Positions 1 through 11,880 of a stretch of DNA of 64,000 nt are shown here, in pieces. The position numbers and the translations under genes were made by a program. The notes below the pieces were generated by a model that searched no databases, was not told the DNA's origin, and worked only from the letters and a program-made list of their open reading frames with translations. Position 1 is the stretch's first letter. The number at the start of each line of letters is the position of its first letter. Origin of the DNA: Haliotis cracherodii (Eukaryota); contig NW_027266268.1 of NCBI RefSeq assembly GCF_022045235.1, forward strand, positions 17,794,001 through 17,858,000, read 5' to 3'.

Positions 1-236
1 TCATATTCTAACCAACATGTATGGTATTCGCGTTTCTTTTTGCGGTGAGTATAGAAAACATTAATTAAAGATGTATATATACTGAACCAAAACGTCAGCG
101 ATAATGAAAATGTTTGGGGATATATATTTTTATGAAATTGTGCGCTCAGTCTTCACTAAATATATCCTCCAAAATATTCATGATCCCTAACTCTTTTTCT
201 AAGCAATGTCTTTTCATAACGAAAAGCATCAGATTA

Positions 237-652
237 GAGTGAGTGAGTGAGTTTGGTTTAACGCCGCTTATAACAATATTCCAGTTATATCGCGGCGTGT
301 CAGCTTAATGTGGGAGGAAACCCACGAGCACGGGTATGGTGCGTACAAACCTAGAAACATAATCGGGGCGAATCGGGATTCGAACCCACAATTATAGGTT
401 TCTGGCGTGCCCTAGGGACGCAATTCTGCACAGCGAATTGTGGCGCCTTAGACGACTGGGCCACCCGTGCCAGGTGATGCAGGTCTAAGACGTTTACCAC
501 TTCGTTGAAACCCACGAGCACGGGTATGGTGCTGACAAACCTAGAAACATAATCGGGGTTTCGAACCCACAATCATAGGTACCGGTGTGCCCAAGGGACG
601 CAATTCTGCACAGCGAATTGCGGCGCCGTAGACGACTGGGCCACCCGTGCCC
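237..652 (-). mobile_element. SINE family C (tRNA-like head, V-domain-like body), two tandem copies
   Basis: A box TGGCCCAGTCG, B box GGTTCGAA, GTGGGTTT...TTTCCTCCCACA body, (ACTC)n tail; matches the other copies in the window. Confidence 0.85.
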
Positions 653-1474
653 GCCAGTCAGTACGATATTCTGATTTGTTGTATATATATATGTCAAGTA
701 CTTTTGGAAAGTTCAATAGATTGCTATGATCGTATTTTATACAACATACATAACATGGGATTTTGTTGATGACGAAATGATGAATTGTGTGTGTACCAGA
801 AAAAAAGCATCCTTATAAAATGATGTGATAGTGATACTGATAGCAACATTAACATTATATATAAAATGTCAACGCCGGAGAATAACCATTCTCGATTATC
901 TGCCGACACAGATTCTAAAAGGCAAATTAGAAGTGAAAAGTTTTTGAATTGATCACTGAACACCAGTTATGACACCAGGTGTTCGCGAAAAGGATAAGCA
1001 TGTGCCGCTTTGCCTGTAGCACCCGCCACTCACACAATATGCATAACAATATAAGTGTTTCTTGCCTTACGCCGCACAACAGTTCTCCGATGGCTTCTCT
1101 GAAAATATACCAGTTTAATAGAAACAAGCAACTTCATTTAAAGTGAAAATGAGGGTTTAACCTGTAAAAAATCTAGACTTGCGTCGTTTAGGTCTACAGT
1201 AGGGACTGGGCGGAAGGCAAAATCATACGGTTCAGGGACTGTGAGACAGGTAGGACGGCGGCATGTAAATACTCAAAATTTGCCCGGATAATCCAAATAT
1301 ACCAATCTCTGGTGCCAGTCTTCCAGGCATTAAAAACTGAATTTGAAGTGGTGTTTTTATTGCTTCGACAGGAGATCCTCCAGTGGCCACTACAACACAG
1401 TATTCAGATGACATCGTTATGATGTAACAATCTGCTTAAAACAAATCAGAGGAAGTAAGGGAATTTAGAATATC

Positions 1475-1480
1475 TTTATT
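1475..1480 (-). terminator. Candidate polyadenylation signal (AATAAA) for the 2072 gene
   Basis: tttatt on the plus strand about 600 nt downstream of the stop; motif match only. Confidence 0.3.
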
Positions 1481-2071
1481 TCACGTTGTTAGATCTCAGG
1501 CAATATAATTACGTATTCGTTACAAGAAAAGAGACCCCGCCAACAGAGAACAACTGTTGGACTGTAAGATATTTGACAGAACTCCTCATTGGTATTTTGA
1601 CAGTCATTGGTAAAATGATATTACTCATTTGTACTCGAGTAACAGGCATGTTTGTGAGTCGGTGATGGTTCACAGTCGTGTCACAGTCACTGTTTTGATG
1701 ACGAACTCCAGTAATAACTGAGTCTATTGTGTGGTGGCGACATTTCTCAAAGGTAGGAGCCTTTCAAGCATTCATGTTTGTAAAACTCTCTCAGTTGTAT
1801 ATGCACTGACTTTGGATGTCAAATAGACATAAGCTGATTGTCTTCAGAAATTATCTTTTTTGTTTCATTTATGTTCATTGCAAACACGTTAATAATTGCG
1901 CGTAATTGTCATCTAATGAATTCTTGAAGCATTTAATTATACTAACACAAAACATTTGAACAAAGCTTGTTGTCTTCTCCACTTTATGAAATAAACTGGA
2001 ATATGCATTTGCCATTTCTCTTCAGTGCTGTCTTGATAGAAATGTGGATGTATTCTTGATGCCGTCACGCT

Positions 2072-4540
2072 CTATGTGGTTCTCGCGTGGATGAAGTTCA
2101 TGGGATCAGAGGGTTCTTTCATTGTAAGGGAAATGCCACTTTGTGCTCCAAGTCCGACTGAAATGCCAACTTTCTTACCATTTTGGGGATGATGATTACG
2201 AATGAGTAACGTTTCCCTCGGATTCGACCTTACATGGTTGTTGACGAAAACTTGTGATGGATCCCTGGTTACCTGAGGGTCGAGCGTTGTGCGTCTATCA
2301 ATACCGCCGTTGACTGGTTTACGTTGCTTAACTTGTGGGTTTTGATTTAAACGTTGTTGTGGCCCGGGGTTGAATGTGGGTCTCTCAAGTTGACGCACTG
2401 TTTTGGGGGCTTTGTGATGAGCGGATATTTGACGTTGATTTGCTATGTGTTGTCGTGAGTGTACATTTGGCTGCTGTTTAGGACTGTTTGGTTCTTTATG
2501 ATTTTCTTCTATAACATTTGAGCGCATACGTGCTTGTTGTGAAGGAAGATTAGTCTGTCGAGGTTGTTGGTTATTCTGACGGATGGAGTTACCATGAGAC
2601 TGTCTCTGTTGATTTGCCGCAGAAGTAGACCGTGGGTTCAATTCCTGCGTCCCTTGAAAGGCGTCAGACTGGGGAAGGGTCTTGTGACGGTTTGACCCTT
2701 GAGGTGTATTCATCTGAAGGTTTGGTCTTTTCTGGTTCAGCTGACGGTGGCTGCTTGAAGCAAACCCATTTCTTTGTGGACTAGTTTCTCCTTTTTGGTT
2801 TGTCTGACGAGGTGGAGCCGAAATACGACTTGCTGGAGAAAGAAGTTCTTTTCTCTGGCCACTACGTGATGAACCAAATGAATTTGTTTGCTGGTTAGGG
2901 GATTGGCGTCGTCCTGTTGTAGGCTTTGGGGTTGGACGATTTGAACTTGAAAGCGAATTACTTTGTCTAGTTCCAATACGCTGTCTATTTGGATTTTGAG
3001 GTGTTGGTTTCGTCTGGGCGCCTTGGCGATTTGACTGTCTCGGATTACGTGCAGATTCTTGGGACATGGTGGTTTGATCAACAGATCGTCTCCTGGTTAT
3101 TGGAGCTTGGCCACTGCGTGTTCTCTGGGCCTGGCTGATCCTGTTTGGACTCCGAGATGGAGTTGCCTGGCCATTTGTCCTTTGAGGCAACTGCCTCATT
3201 CCGCCAGTAGATCGTGGGGGTGGCGTACTCCTCGGCCCGCTGGTGCGTGTAGGCTGTTTAGTAGATGATGACTGACGACCCGGGGGGTTTGAACGAAGTT
3301 GCTTTTGTTTGTTATTTATCGGACTTGGAGGAGTTTGACCTTGATTCTGATTAACGTTAGCTGTTGGTGCAGCGGCTGCAAAAGGTCCACGACTCAAACG
3401 TTGTTGTTCAACAAGATTTCTAATTCTTTCCTGCTCTTGAATGTGTGCCAACTGCCCAGTAGTCAACCGGGGACTACCAAAAGAAACTAACTGATTCCGA
3501 AAACGTTTAGGCGTCTGTGTGTTTCTTAACGGTGTCAGCGTAGGAGAAGACTTCTGTGTCCTGGGTGAGTTTGGTTGGTTCTTCCCTATATAAGGTTTGT
3601 TGGACCCAAATAATAAGGGGTTCACTATGAACGCCAAAATTGACCTCATTTGTTTTTGTTTTATGGCAAAGTTTGCCATAATTTTCTGGTAAGGGTTCAG
3701 ATTCCTTGGAATGTGACCCTTTTCTCTTTCAGATACAGATAGTAAATGCGCTAGTGCGTCTTTTAGTGTTATTGGCGTAGGGACCCCGCTGGCTCTCCTA
3801 GTAACGTGATTGTGTGTCCTTCGTGTCCCAGGCATGTAAACGGTCGACAAGCCTAGTGGTTGTGCATATGAATTAAGAACAGTTCCAATGTGCTTGTTTA
3901 AGAGTTGATCAATGTAATTAGCATTGAAATCATGTTTTGCATTTCTAAACACAGTGGCTATCGTGTCCAGTGCTTTAGATATCTCCATTATTTTGGCCAA
4001 TATATTTTTAAAATCGTAATTGTGAGATACTTTTCTTTCATCGCTGGGCTTCTCAAGGGGAACAGTTTTGTGTTTTGGGGTAACGACGTTAACCAGAGGT
4101 TTGTGTTGTTCATATCTCATCCTAGACTCTTCTGCAATTTGCTTAACGGATTTCCCTGTAGCCAATCTGGGAGATCCTTTGGTGACATTTGTTTTGATTT
4201 TCCTTTGGATTGGCACTTTCCGTTGTGGTCCAGGGATTGCAGGAACCTTATCCAATGCTTGCACATTCGGGATCCTCGCGTGGGGCACTGCCGAATGAGT
4301 CAACGTATATTTCCTTTCCTTACGATGAGATTGTGACAAGTGCATCGACTTGAAGCTGTCCACATCAGGCCTGTCCCATTTAGCAATGGCGTTATGACTT
4401 CTGTGTTGACCATATCTGCCAAATGCTACAGTATCAATCACCGATGGAGGTGGACTCCCAATCAGTCCTTGGACTACAGGCAGCGGTGACGTGGATACCA
4501 CACGCAGCTCTGTGATAAGGACGAACAGGACGGTCCACGT
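2072..4540 (-). CDS. Main exon of an orphan secreted, basic, low-complexity (Q/N/R/S/P/T-rich) protein of ~824-828 aa
   Basis: Uninterrupted ORF of >2.4 kb in AT-rich DNA. Hydrophobic N-terminal segment TWTVLFVLITELRVVST-SP resembles a signal peptide. Acceptor-like tgttctatttgttccag at 4541 follows an AG-free stretch of >60 nt. An in-frame ATG at 4558 is the alternative start. No recognisable domain. Confidence 0.8.
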   Translation of the reverse strand, partial: TWTVLFVLITELRVVSTSPLPVVQGLIGSPPPSVIDTVAFGRYGQHRSHNAIAKWDRPDVDSFKSMHLSQSHRKERKYTLTHSAVPHARIPNVQALDKVPAIPGPQRKVPIQRKIKTNVTKGSPRLATGKSVKQIAEESRMRYEQHKPLVNVVTPKHKTVPLEKPSDERKVSHNYDFKNILAKIMEISKALDTIATVFRNAKHDFNANYIDQLLNKHIGTVLNSYAQPLGLSTVYMPGTRRTHNHVTRRASGVPTPITLKDALAHLLSVSEREKGHIPRNLNPYQKIMANFAIKQKQMRSILAFIVNPLLFGSNKPYIGKNQPNSPRTQKSSPTLTPLRNTQTPKRFRNQLVSFGSPRLTTGQLAHIQEQERIRNLVEQQRLSRGPFAAAAPTANVNQNQGQTPPSPINNKQKQLRSNPPGRQSSSTKQPTRTSGPRSTPPPRSTGGMRQLPQRTNGQATPSRSPNRISQAQRTRSGQAPITRRRSVDQTTMSQESARNPRQSNRQGAQTKPTPQNPNRQRIGTRQSNSLSSSNRPTPKPTTGRRQSPNQQTNSFGSSRSGQRKELLSPASRISAPPRQTNQKGETSPQRNGFASSSHRQLNQKRPNLQMNTPQGSNRHKTLPQSDAFQGTQELNPRSTSAANQQRQSHGNSIRQNNQQPRQTNLPSQQARMRSNVIEENHKEPNSPKQQPNVHSRQHIANQRQISAHHKAPKTVRQLERPTFNPGPQQRLNQNPQVKQRKPVNGGIDRRTTLDPQVTRDPSQVFVNNHVRSNPRETLLIRNHHPQNGKKVGISVGLGAQSGISLTMKEPSDPMNFIHARTT

Positions 4541-4619
4541 CTGGAACAAATAGAACATCAGATTAAGATGGAAGCAACAATCGATGGTGTATCGAGTAAT
4601 CCGTAGTTCGAGCACACGA

Positions 4620-5519
4620 TGTGCCGATATTTTTAGTTATTATGCCTCAAAGTGAGATTGACCAACCAGAGAGCAGAACTACTGACCCCACATGAGCCCG
4701 TATACCGTCAGTAAAAATCCAAGATGGTTGATACTTACCTAATATGAGATCGTATACCGTCAGTAACAGCCATCTTGGATTTTTCAACATCACCTCACAT
4801 ATTTCACATGAAAAGTCTGGTACAGAAATTCGTTATTCGACACTGTTTTGTGTTAAAATTATCAACAAGGTTTGTCCTCTGAGGTTTGAAGAGTAGTCTC
4901 CCTTTGACCCTTAACGTCATACGTTGTAAGTGTTAAGTTTTGAGTTTTAAGTTTTGACATGACACTTGCGACAAAGATAGTGTAAACTTTTCGGCGTAAT
5001 AAATTCGTTATGGTGTCTTTAGTTACCGTATACGTGTAATATTAGGTTAGCAAAGAAATATTGGGTCAGGCGTCAGCCGATATGACACCGTTTTCGGCAA
5101 CAAAAGACACCAAAACGAATTTATTATTTTTAATTTTACTCTATCTGGTGTTTGTATCGCACATGTCACTTCAAAATGAAAACTTACAACCGTTGATTTT
5201 TGTAACTATGATTTTTATGTATAAAGTCACGAACGTGATTTATTATAGTTAACGTCCTTGCACATCACAAATAATGACATAAAAACACAAAACAGTGTCA
5301 AATAACAAATTTCTGTAACAAAATGTTTATTGGAAACATGTGAGGTGGGTGTTGGAAAATCCAAGATGGCTCTTACTGACCGTATACGGTCTCATATCAG
5401 GTCAGTAACACCAATCTTGTATTTTTAAGGACTTTATACGGGGTCATATGGGGTTCGTAGTTCTGCTCTCTGATTGGTCAATGTAACGTTTAGGCATAAA
5501 AAATGGAACATATGGTACC
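4620..5519. mobile_element. ~900 bp foldback (fully palindromic) non-autonomous DNA element
   Basis: Arms match in inverted orientation along their length, e.g. ttgaccaaccagagagcagaactac / gtagttctgctctctgattggtcaa and aataaattcgttatggtgtcttt / aaagacaccaaaacgaatttatt; centre near 5050. Confidence 0.8.
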
Positions 5520-5545
5520 TTTGAGGATTATACGGTAACCCTTAC

Positions 5546-5551
5546 TTCCAT
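5546..5551 (-). CDS. Candidate start-codon exon end (ATG GAA) for the 2072-4540 gene
   Basis: Minus strand reads ACT-ATG-GAA|gtaagg: strong Kozak context and a phase-0 donor. Splicing to 4540 gives METWTVLFVLITELRVVST. Possible acceptor at 5578. Confidence 0.45.
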
Positions 5552-7224
5552 AGTCTGTACTCCATCAAATAAGATCGCTGTACATTGATAACGGGTTCAT
5601 CTTTGTATCAAGACCATTTCTGGTGTCCACCGGCGTAATATAGCTGGCACATTGCTGAAAGAGGTATGCAGCCCAATACACCCATTCACTCATCTCAGTA
5701 TTTAAAAGGTTTATTAAGATGAGTAAGCCGTAGTTTTAAAGTTGGGTTTCTCGAATGACATGTATTTCATTATATATATGTTAATATGTTTATGTTTGAT
5801 ATACTTTTGATGTTAGCTAGTATTTGTTTGAAATTGAACATTTATCGCCTCTTTGACCTGGCCATATAACATGTTACGTGTTGTACCTGATGAACAGGAA
5901 ATTATCCGAGGCCGAAACTGTGACGAAATATGCGAAATAGGCACACGAAAAACTAAAGTAACATGTGTCTCGAATCCAAAATGCAGAAATGTTATAACCG
6001 ACATTGTCACAGAGAAATGTCAGTCATACTGCATTGCATCGTCAATCTCCAGGTTACACGAATAACAATGTGGGTTGTTGAGTTTAATTATTCGTACTTT
6101 CTAAAATGCATTCAAGAACAGACAAAACGATGAAAATTGGAGATATTTAAATTTTTGCGATTGAGTCTCGTTCGCAAAAATAAAACGGTCGCAAAAAATT
6201 CCCTGTTTACAGTAATGACAATAACACCCTGAAACAACACCGTTAATAACAATCGAAGCAGCAAACCTTTAACGTGTGCTCATAAATAATTATTTTTGAA
6301 CTGTTCCTTCGGCCACTTCAAGTGCAATGTAATGATTGATAGTGTTAGATCGCCCTATCACTGTCTTTACTGATTGACAATTATTACGCGTTACCAGGAA
6401 GCCCACAGCCATATTTCACACACTGGACGTTTACTAGATACTGTCATGTTTGCCGACGTGAAACGTGACTTCCGAGGCAGTTGTCTATTTATTCAGCATA
6501 CTATTCCGCGAACGTGACAGGCCAGGCATTTTACTTCGCGGATAACCGCTTGGAGACATCATACCTTTTAATATTCGCCTACATGATGCACAACAATCCA
6601 TTTCTTTGGACTTAGCAATTGCTTGACATATTAAAACAATTGAATGGCAAAAACTACATTATTAAGTGTAAATTAGTTCCTGTTTTTCTATGCGCATCGA
6701 CATTTTTCTTCTCATCGTTGTATGTTGAAAATAAGAAGTGAAACAAGAATAACATCTCAAGCTCACAAATGACCAAAGGGACGTCGGCTCATGGATGTCC
6801 CATCCTCCTGGGTGCCTAGTTCTGTTCCTAGAGTAGCGTCCCTTTGCCGTGCAAGTATCCGATTATCGTGGCTTTGAACCCCATATTCCCCCTGACTGGG
6901 TTCCTGTGTTTGTCAGCACCATACCTTACTGGTGGGTTCCCAAAAGAAGTTATCTCAAGCGGGTATCTTAGCTGTTGTCCATGTCCTACCCAATTTCTGA
7001 TCACCTTGTTGACAAAGGTACAAATGTACCGAGCCGTCTCATTGACAGAATAGGGAAGTTGAAATCCGTAAGTCAACACTATTAATTATACCATACATTT
7101 CTAAAAATGACGCTTAAATATCATTTGAATCGAGTTGTTAGAGTGTTGCTAAGGCTACAACTGTTGCTATGCGCTGGTGTGTAGCAGTGAATATTGCTTT
7201 GCCTGTATAAGGTTGACAGCTGTA

Positions 7225-7305
7225 AACACTGTTACCTTCGTTTAGTAGAGGATGAATACCAACTCCTTTTTGTATGTAAGAAATATACTCACCTGAGAAA
7301 ACTGT
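7225..7305 (+). mobile_element. Tiny LINE ORF2 C-terminal fragment
   Basis: C...VEDEYQLLFVCKKYTHLRK matches the same motif as the 33 kb fragment. Confidence 0.55.
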
Positions 7306-7617
7306 CTTACCTCAGTTACAGAAATATGGTGGAATTACGTGTGCAAGTTTATTTAACTCGTGTGATCTTAATGTTCAACGTTTGAACTGTATTTATATTA
7401 TATTTATGCAAATTATTTAAAATGAGATCGGTATACTTTAAGGAACGGACCATTTGATATTCTAGGGTAGCCTGGGATTCATTGAAAAAAATATTTATGC
7501 TTCAGACTGTTAAAAAACCCGATATTAAATGCCACAACAATTACATTGTTGCAAGGTATTTTTTTTCCAAATAAATCAGGTTCATGGCAATAGCGTATCT
7601 TATTTAGTAGCTGTTGC

Positions 7618-7780
7618 GGGGCGGTCGGGTAGCCTAGTGGTTAAAGCGTTCGCTTGTCATGCCGAAGACCCGGGTTCGATTCCCGACATGGGTACAATGT
7701 GTGAAGCCCATTTCTGGCGTCCCCGGCTGTGATATTCCTGGAATATTGCTAAAAGCGGCGTAAAAACATACTCACTCACT
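7618..7780 (+). mobile_element. SINE family A (tRNA-Asp-like head, ~165 bp)
   Basis: A box TAGCCTAGTGG, GTC anticodon-like loop, B box GGTTCGATTCCC, (ACTC)n tail, TSD tagtagctgttgc. Confidence 0.9.
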
Positions 7781-8197
7781 AGTAGCTGTTGCTGATGAAT
7801 ATCTATTCACGGCACTAAATAACACTGTATACGACAACTCTATGTCATCAGCATGAATCATAACAAATGCATGTGTGACTTGAACGTCATACATACCAGC
7901 CAGGATCAGTCAACGTCGTCTGGTCTTTTGACGTTATATGTCAGCTTGAAGGACATTTATTCGAAAAGACCTTGTCACGTCCTCCACATGATTGGTGGTA
8001 GTAAAGATTTTCATGTTGAAATTGTTAATTACCTGTCAGAAAACATACATTTCTCCTATTTTATAATGTGTGTCTTGAGATATTCTGGCGGAAAGATATA
8101 AAAATAGAAACTATGTTAGCTATCGCGGCTTTCCAGCCTAATGTCAAGTAAACAACGACAACATTTTCCATAATTACGAGGAATCTCTCAGATTACT

Positions 8198-8365
8198 AGG
8201 GCGGTCGGGTAGCCTAGTGGTTAAAGCGTTTGCTTGTCATGCCGAAGACCCGGGTTCGATTCCCGACATGGGTACAATGTGTGAAGCCCATTTCTGGTGT
8301 CCCCTGCCGTGATATTGCTGAAATATTGCTAAAAGACGGGTAAAACTATATTCACTCACTCACTC
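8198..8365 (+). mobile_element. SINE family A
   Basis: Near-identical to the 7618 copy. Confidence 0.88.
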
Positions 8366-9705
8366 CAGAGTCCATTCTTACGATTCTTTTTATATCATAT
8401 ACATGTGTCTATGAATCCCACCGGTGCCACCCGTCACAAACACATTCACAGGCAAGTCAACTGTTCACCGGACAGAAACTCGACTAAAAATGGTACAAGT
8501 CAAAATATGGTACTGCATCGGACATCCTTTCGGTCACAGATGCGGCAAATTTGGGAACGTCCTCCACATATCAACCTTAACACTTTTTGAAAACTTTGCT
8601 GAAGCTGTGAATGACCGAGTGACGTAACCCAGAGATGTTTACCAATTTGATGGAACCCAGAGCTCAGGCATGGTGCTTACAAACCCAAAATCATAATCAG
8701 GAGGAATATTGAATTCGAACCCACGATCACCGGATCATAACACGACTAAGATGTGTAATTGTAAGAATACTTCACCCAGTGCATCTTATATTCAATCAGA
8801 TAGAGTTTAATTTCGTTCGGTCCGTCTGAATGTACAGTACACGTTAAGCCTTAGAACAATCGGTATCGCAGACAAACAGAGTTCCTTTACCGAAATGGAT
8901 CAGTTTGATATGAATGCTGAAAATGTACGACAGTAACGACATTTGGTTACAACAAAAGTATTTAAATTGTGTCCTCATAAAGATACTAGATATCAAGATA
9001 CATTCCTTAAATACGAAATATGCACATAAATTCTAAACTTACATGTGTTAATAATTTCCGTGAGGGAATGTCATTGTGATAGTGCGTGGCAATACATTGA
9101 CTTCAAAATGGCCGACACTGTCACGATTAGTGAGTTGCATGGAGGCTGAAGGTCTCGTGTTTAGGTGTATTTCATCATTTATGATTTCGCCTATCACAGA
9201 TATAAAGAGATGTCCCGAATACGTGTTCCAAAAAAATGCTGCAGGAAGTTGTCAGATGTCACTCCAGGCAGGGGGGTCGATGGTGGTTGCCGGAATTAGC
9301 GCGTCTCACTGGGATGAGTCTTAGCGAGGATATGCGATCACGTTCATGGAGTCAAATATTAAACTATTTCCAGTGTATGCAAACATCTTCATTACAAGTT
9401 TGAAGTGTTTCAAAAATCAATGTGTTGTATCATGCAGGGTTTTCACGAGGAATGTGGAAGTAGTCCGTCAGTTTTATTTCTAGAATAATCACATGAAAAA
9501 CGAAAATGAATTTGTTTCATACCTGTGTCTTTCATATGTGTCTTCATATATGTTAATGAACGCGAGTTTCGCAGTAATTTGACCATCCGGAATAATAATG
9601 ATTTGAAGACCACCTGCTTAATTGTCTTCAAATGATTCCTGTAATTATCATTTAAAATCACATCTGGATGGAACAAATATAATTTAGACTATTCTGTACA
9701 TAAAT

Positions 9706-9972
9706 TTTGGTTTTTGTTTGTTGTTGAACGCCGCACTCAGCAATATTCCAGCTATATGACGGCGGTCTGTAAATAATCGAGTCTGGACCAGGCAGCCCAG
9801 TGATTTACAACATGAACATCGATCCACGCAATTGGGATCGATGACATGCATCAACCAAATCAGCGAGCCTAACCACCCGATCCCGTTAGTCGCCTCTAAC
9901 GACAAGCATAGTCGCCTTTCACGGCCATCATGGGTTGCTGAAGACCTATTCTACCCCGGATCTTCACGGGCC
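9706..9972 (-). mobile_element. SINE-like family B (no tRNA head; structured 5' end; (CAAA)n tail)
   Basis: TSD ctgtacataaat defines both ends; about 20 related copies or fragments in the window. Confidence 0.88.
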
Positions 9973-11630
9973 CTGTACATAAATAAAATTTCCAAAATAC
10001 AATTTTCCCTATATTACATACAGCGAAATCCCATCTTCCCGACGATTAGTGTTCAGAATGTTAATATATCTATACATGTATGTTTAATTGGATATTACCA
10101 CGCGCCACACCCAATAAGGATGTCAGTTAGAATTGCTCCCCAGCCACCTATGCTGGTCGAAAGAGGTAACTTAATGGATCGGGTGGTCAGACTCGGTTGA
10201 TTGCGTGTCATCGTACCCCGACGGCGTTGATCGTTTCTAACACGATCACTGGATTGTCTGGTCTCGAGTATTTCAGGTCACCGTCATATAGTTGGAATAT
10301 TGCTGAGTGTGGCGTTTAACAAACAAAAAATCAAACAAACAAAACCTAGCACTACCGATTTGTTTCTCTGGAAAAAGTACCACGGGCGATTGTACTGAAA
10401 ACGGTAAAGTCCAAATATTGAAACATGTTGCTTGTCCCACTCGTAATACTCCCATGCAGATGATGGCAGCCTGTAAATATTCGAGCTTGCATCAGAGAAA
10501 CCCGGCCCGTGAGCCGCTCAGTGTAAATTAGATATAATATTATGTCAACAGCAGGGTGTGTCTTTACACGAGGCAGTATTTGTTCGTGCATACGTCTTGT
10601 CTCGCCGCGTCATTCAAGCGTAACAATGAAGTATACGAGTGGAGAAACGCGTCTGCCCTACAAAGAAAAACCCGTTTTAAGGGAAGTCATACAGTTAAGT
10701 AAAATATTAAACGCGTAAGTATATTGTTTAAAGTATTAAAACCCCTCGTTATGAAAATAACATTGTGACCTACATGACCCATTTACCCATATATAGTCAT
10801 TGAGCGGCATGAACACATGCCACGTTTCATGCAAAACAACTTCTTTCTTTCTTTCTTTGTCAGAAACGACGTTTTTTGCCCCTAACAATAAAGAAGTCGT
10901 TATCAAAAGCTATCCATGATATAAATGTACTCACGAAATGGACGACCAGAGCCGCCATCCCTCACTTGTTGCCGATCCAGGTGTGATAATCCTGCATCTG
11001 ACGCACAGACCATAACGTCTATTGTTTTACAACAATCTCGTAGATGAGCGCTAGGACCAGTCAAATATGATGAATGACATTACTGGATATTTATAACGTG
11101 TAATGTCTTATGATTGAGCTGTATCAACGGAGGCTCGATATGTCAACAGGGCCATTCATCGCAATTACTCCCGTGTGTCAGTCACACGTGAGAGTGTGAA
11201 GCTTAGATAAGATGGAAAAATGAAATTGATGGTAGGTGTGCTTACCGTGTAGGTGAGGGAGCCATTCGTCAGGGTTAGGACTTCATGGGGCATGCCGTGC
11301 AATTTTTATGCGCAGGTATGAGTTTAACCCTTCTCGTTATAAGACAATGGAGTCAAATCTATTTGTTCTATGACGGTTTGCATTTTAAGGAGTTACTTTT
11401 CAAAGTTTATGACTATTGTGATATATGTCTGCTTTCACAAAGTTAACTTAACCCGTTGTCAATCTGAATATCGTGCTCTTTCGTGTGCAAGTGAGAAGAG
11501 AACATGGTGAAAGTTAACATACAAAATAAACGACATTGCCACGGGGTATCAAATGCTCTAATCTGTCACACGAAGGTGGGGTGAAATGGAATTTAAGGGT
11601 GTGTTAAATATTATTGTACTTATACAGCGA

Positions 11631-11880
11631 TGTGTGTGTGTTTGTGAGTGTTTGTGTGTGCGTGCGTGCATGCGTGCATGTGTGCGTGCGTGCGTTTTAG
11701 TATACTGACTCCGAGCCGACCAGTCCTTCTCCTTTACTCCTTCCGTCTACTCCTTTAACGCCGAGTGCCAGGCAGGGTAACAATAATTACCATCTTTTAA
11801 CGTCTTTTTGGTATGAATCCATCGACTCACAGACCTACCCTCCGAAGAGGCGCTCTATCCTCTTGACCACGAAGGCGGTC
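11631..11880 (-). mobile_element. SINE family D, diverged
   Basis: Similarity to the 13219 and 16563 copies; GT-rich microsatellite at the left end. Confidence 0.7.

Noticed and set aside
7618-7695. tRNA-Asp gene (and the other tRNA-like heads)
   Set aside because: No proper acceptor stem or T-run terminator; the sequence continues into the SINE body with TSDs
9930-9972. Hammerhead in the antisense of family B (CTGAAGA)
   Set aside because: No GAAA after a stem II
11246-11310. TATA-like CATAAAAA plus ATG...|gtaagc as first coding exon of the 2072 gene
   Set aside because: Ends in phase 2, incompatible with the phase-0 acceptor at 4540; it could still be a 5' UTR exon but this is unsupported
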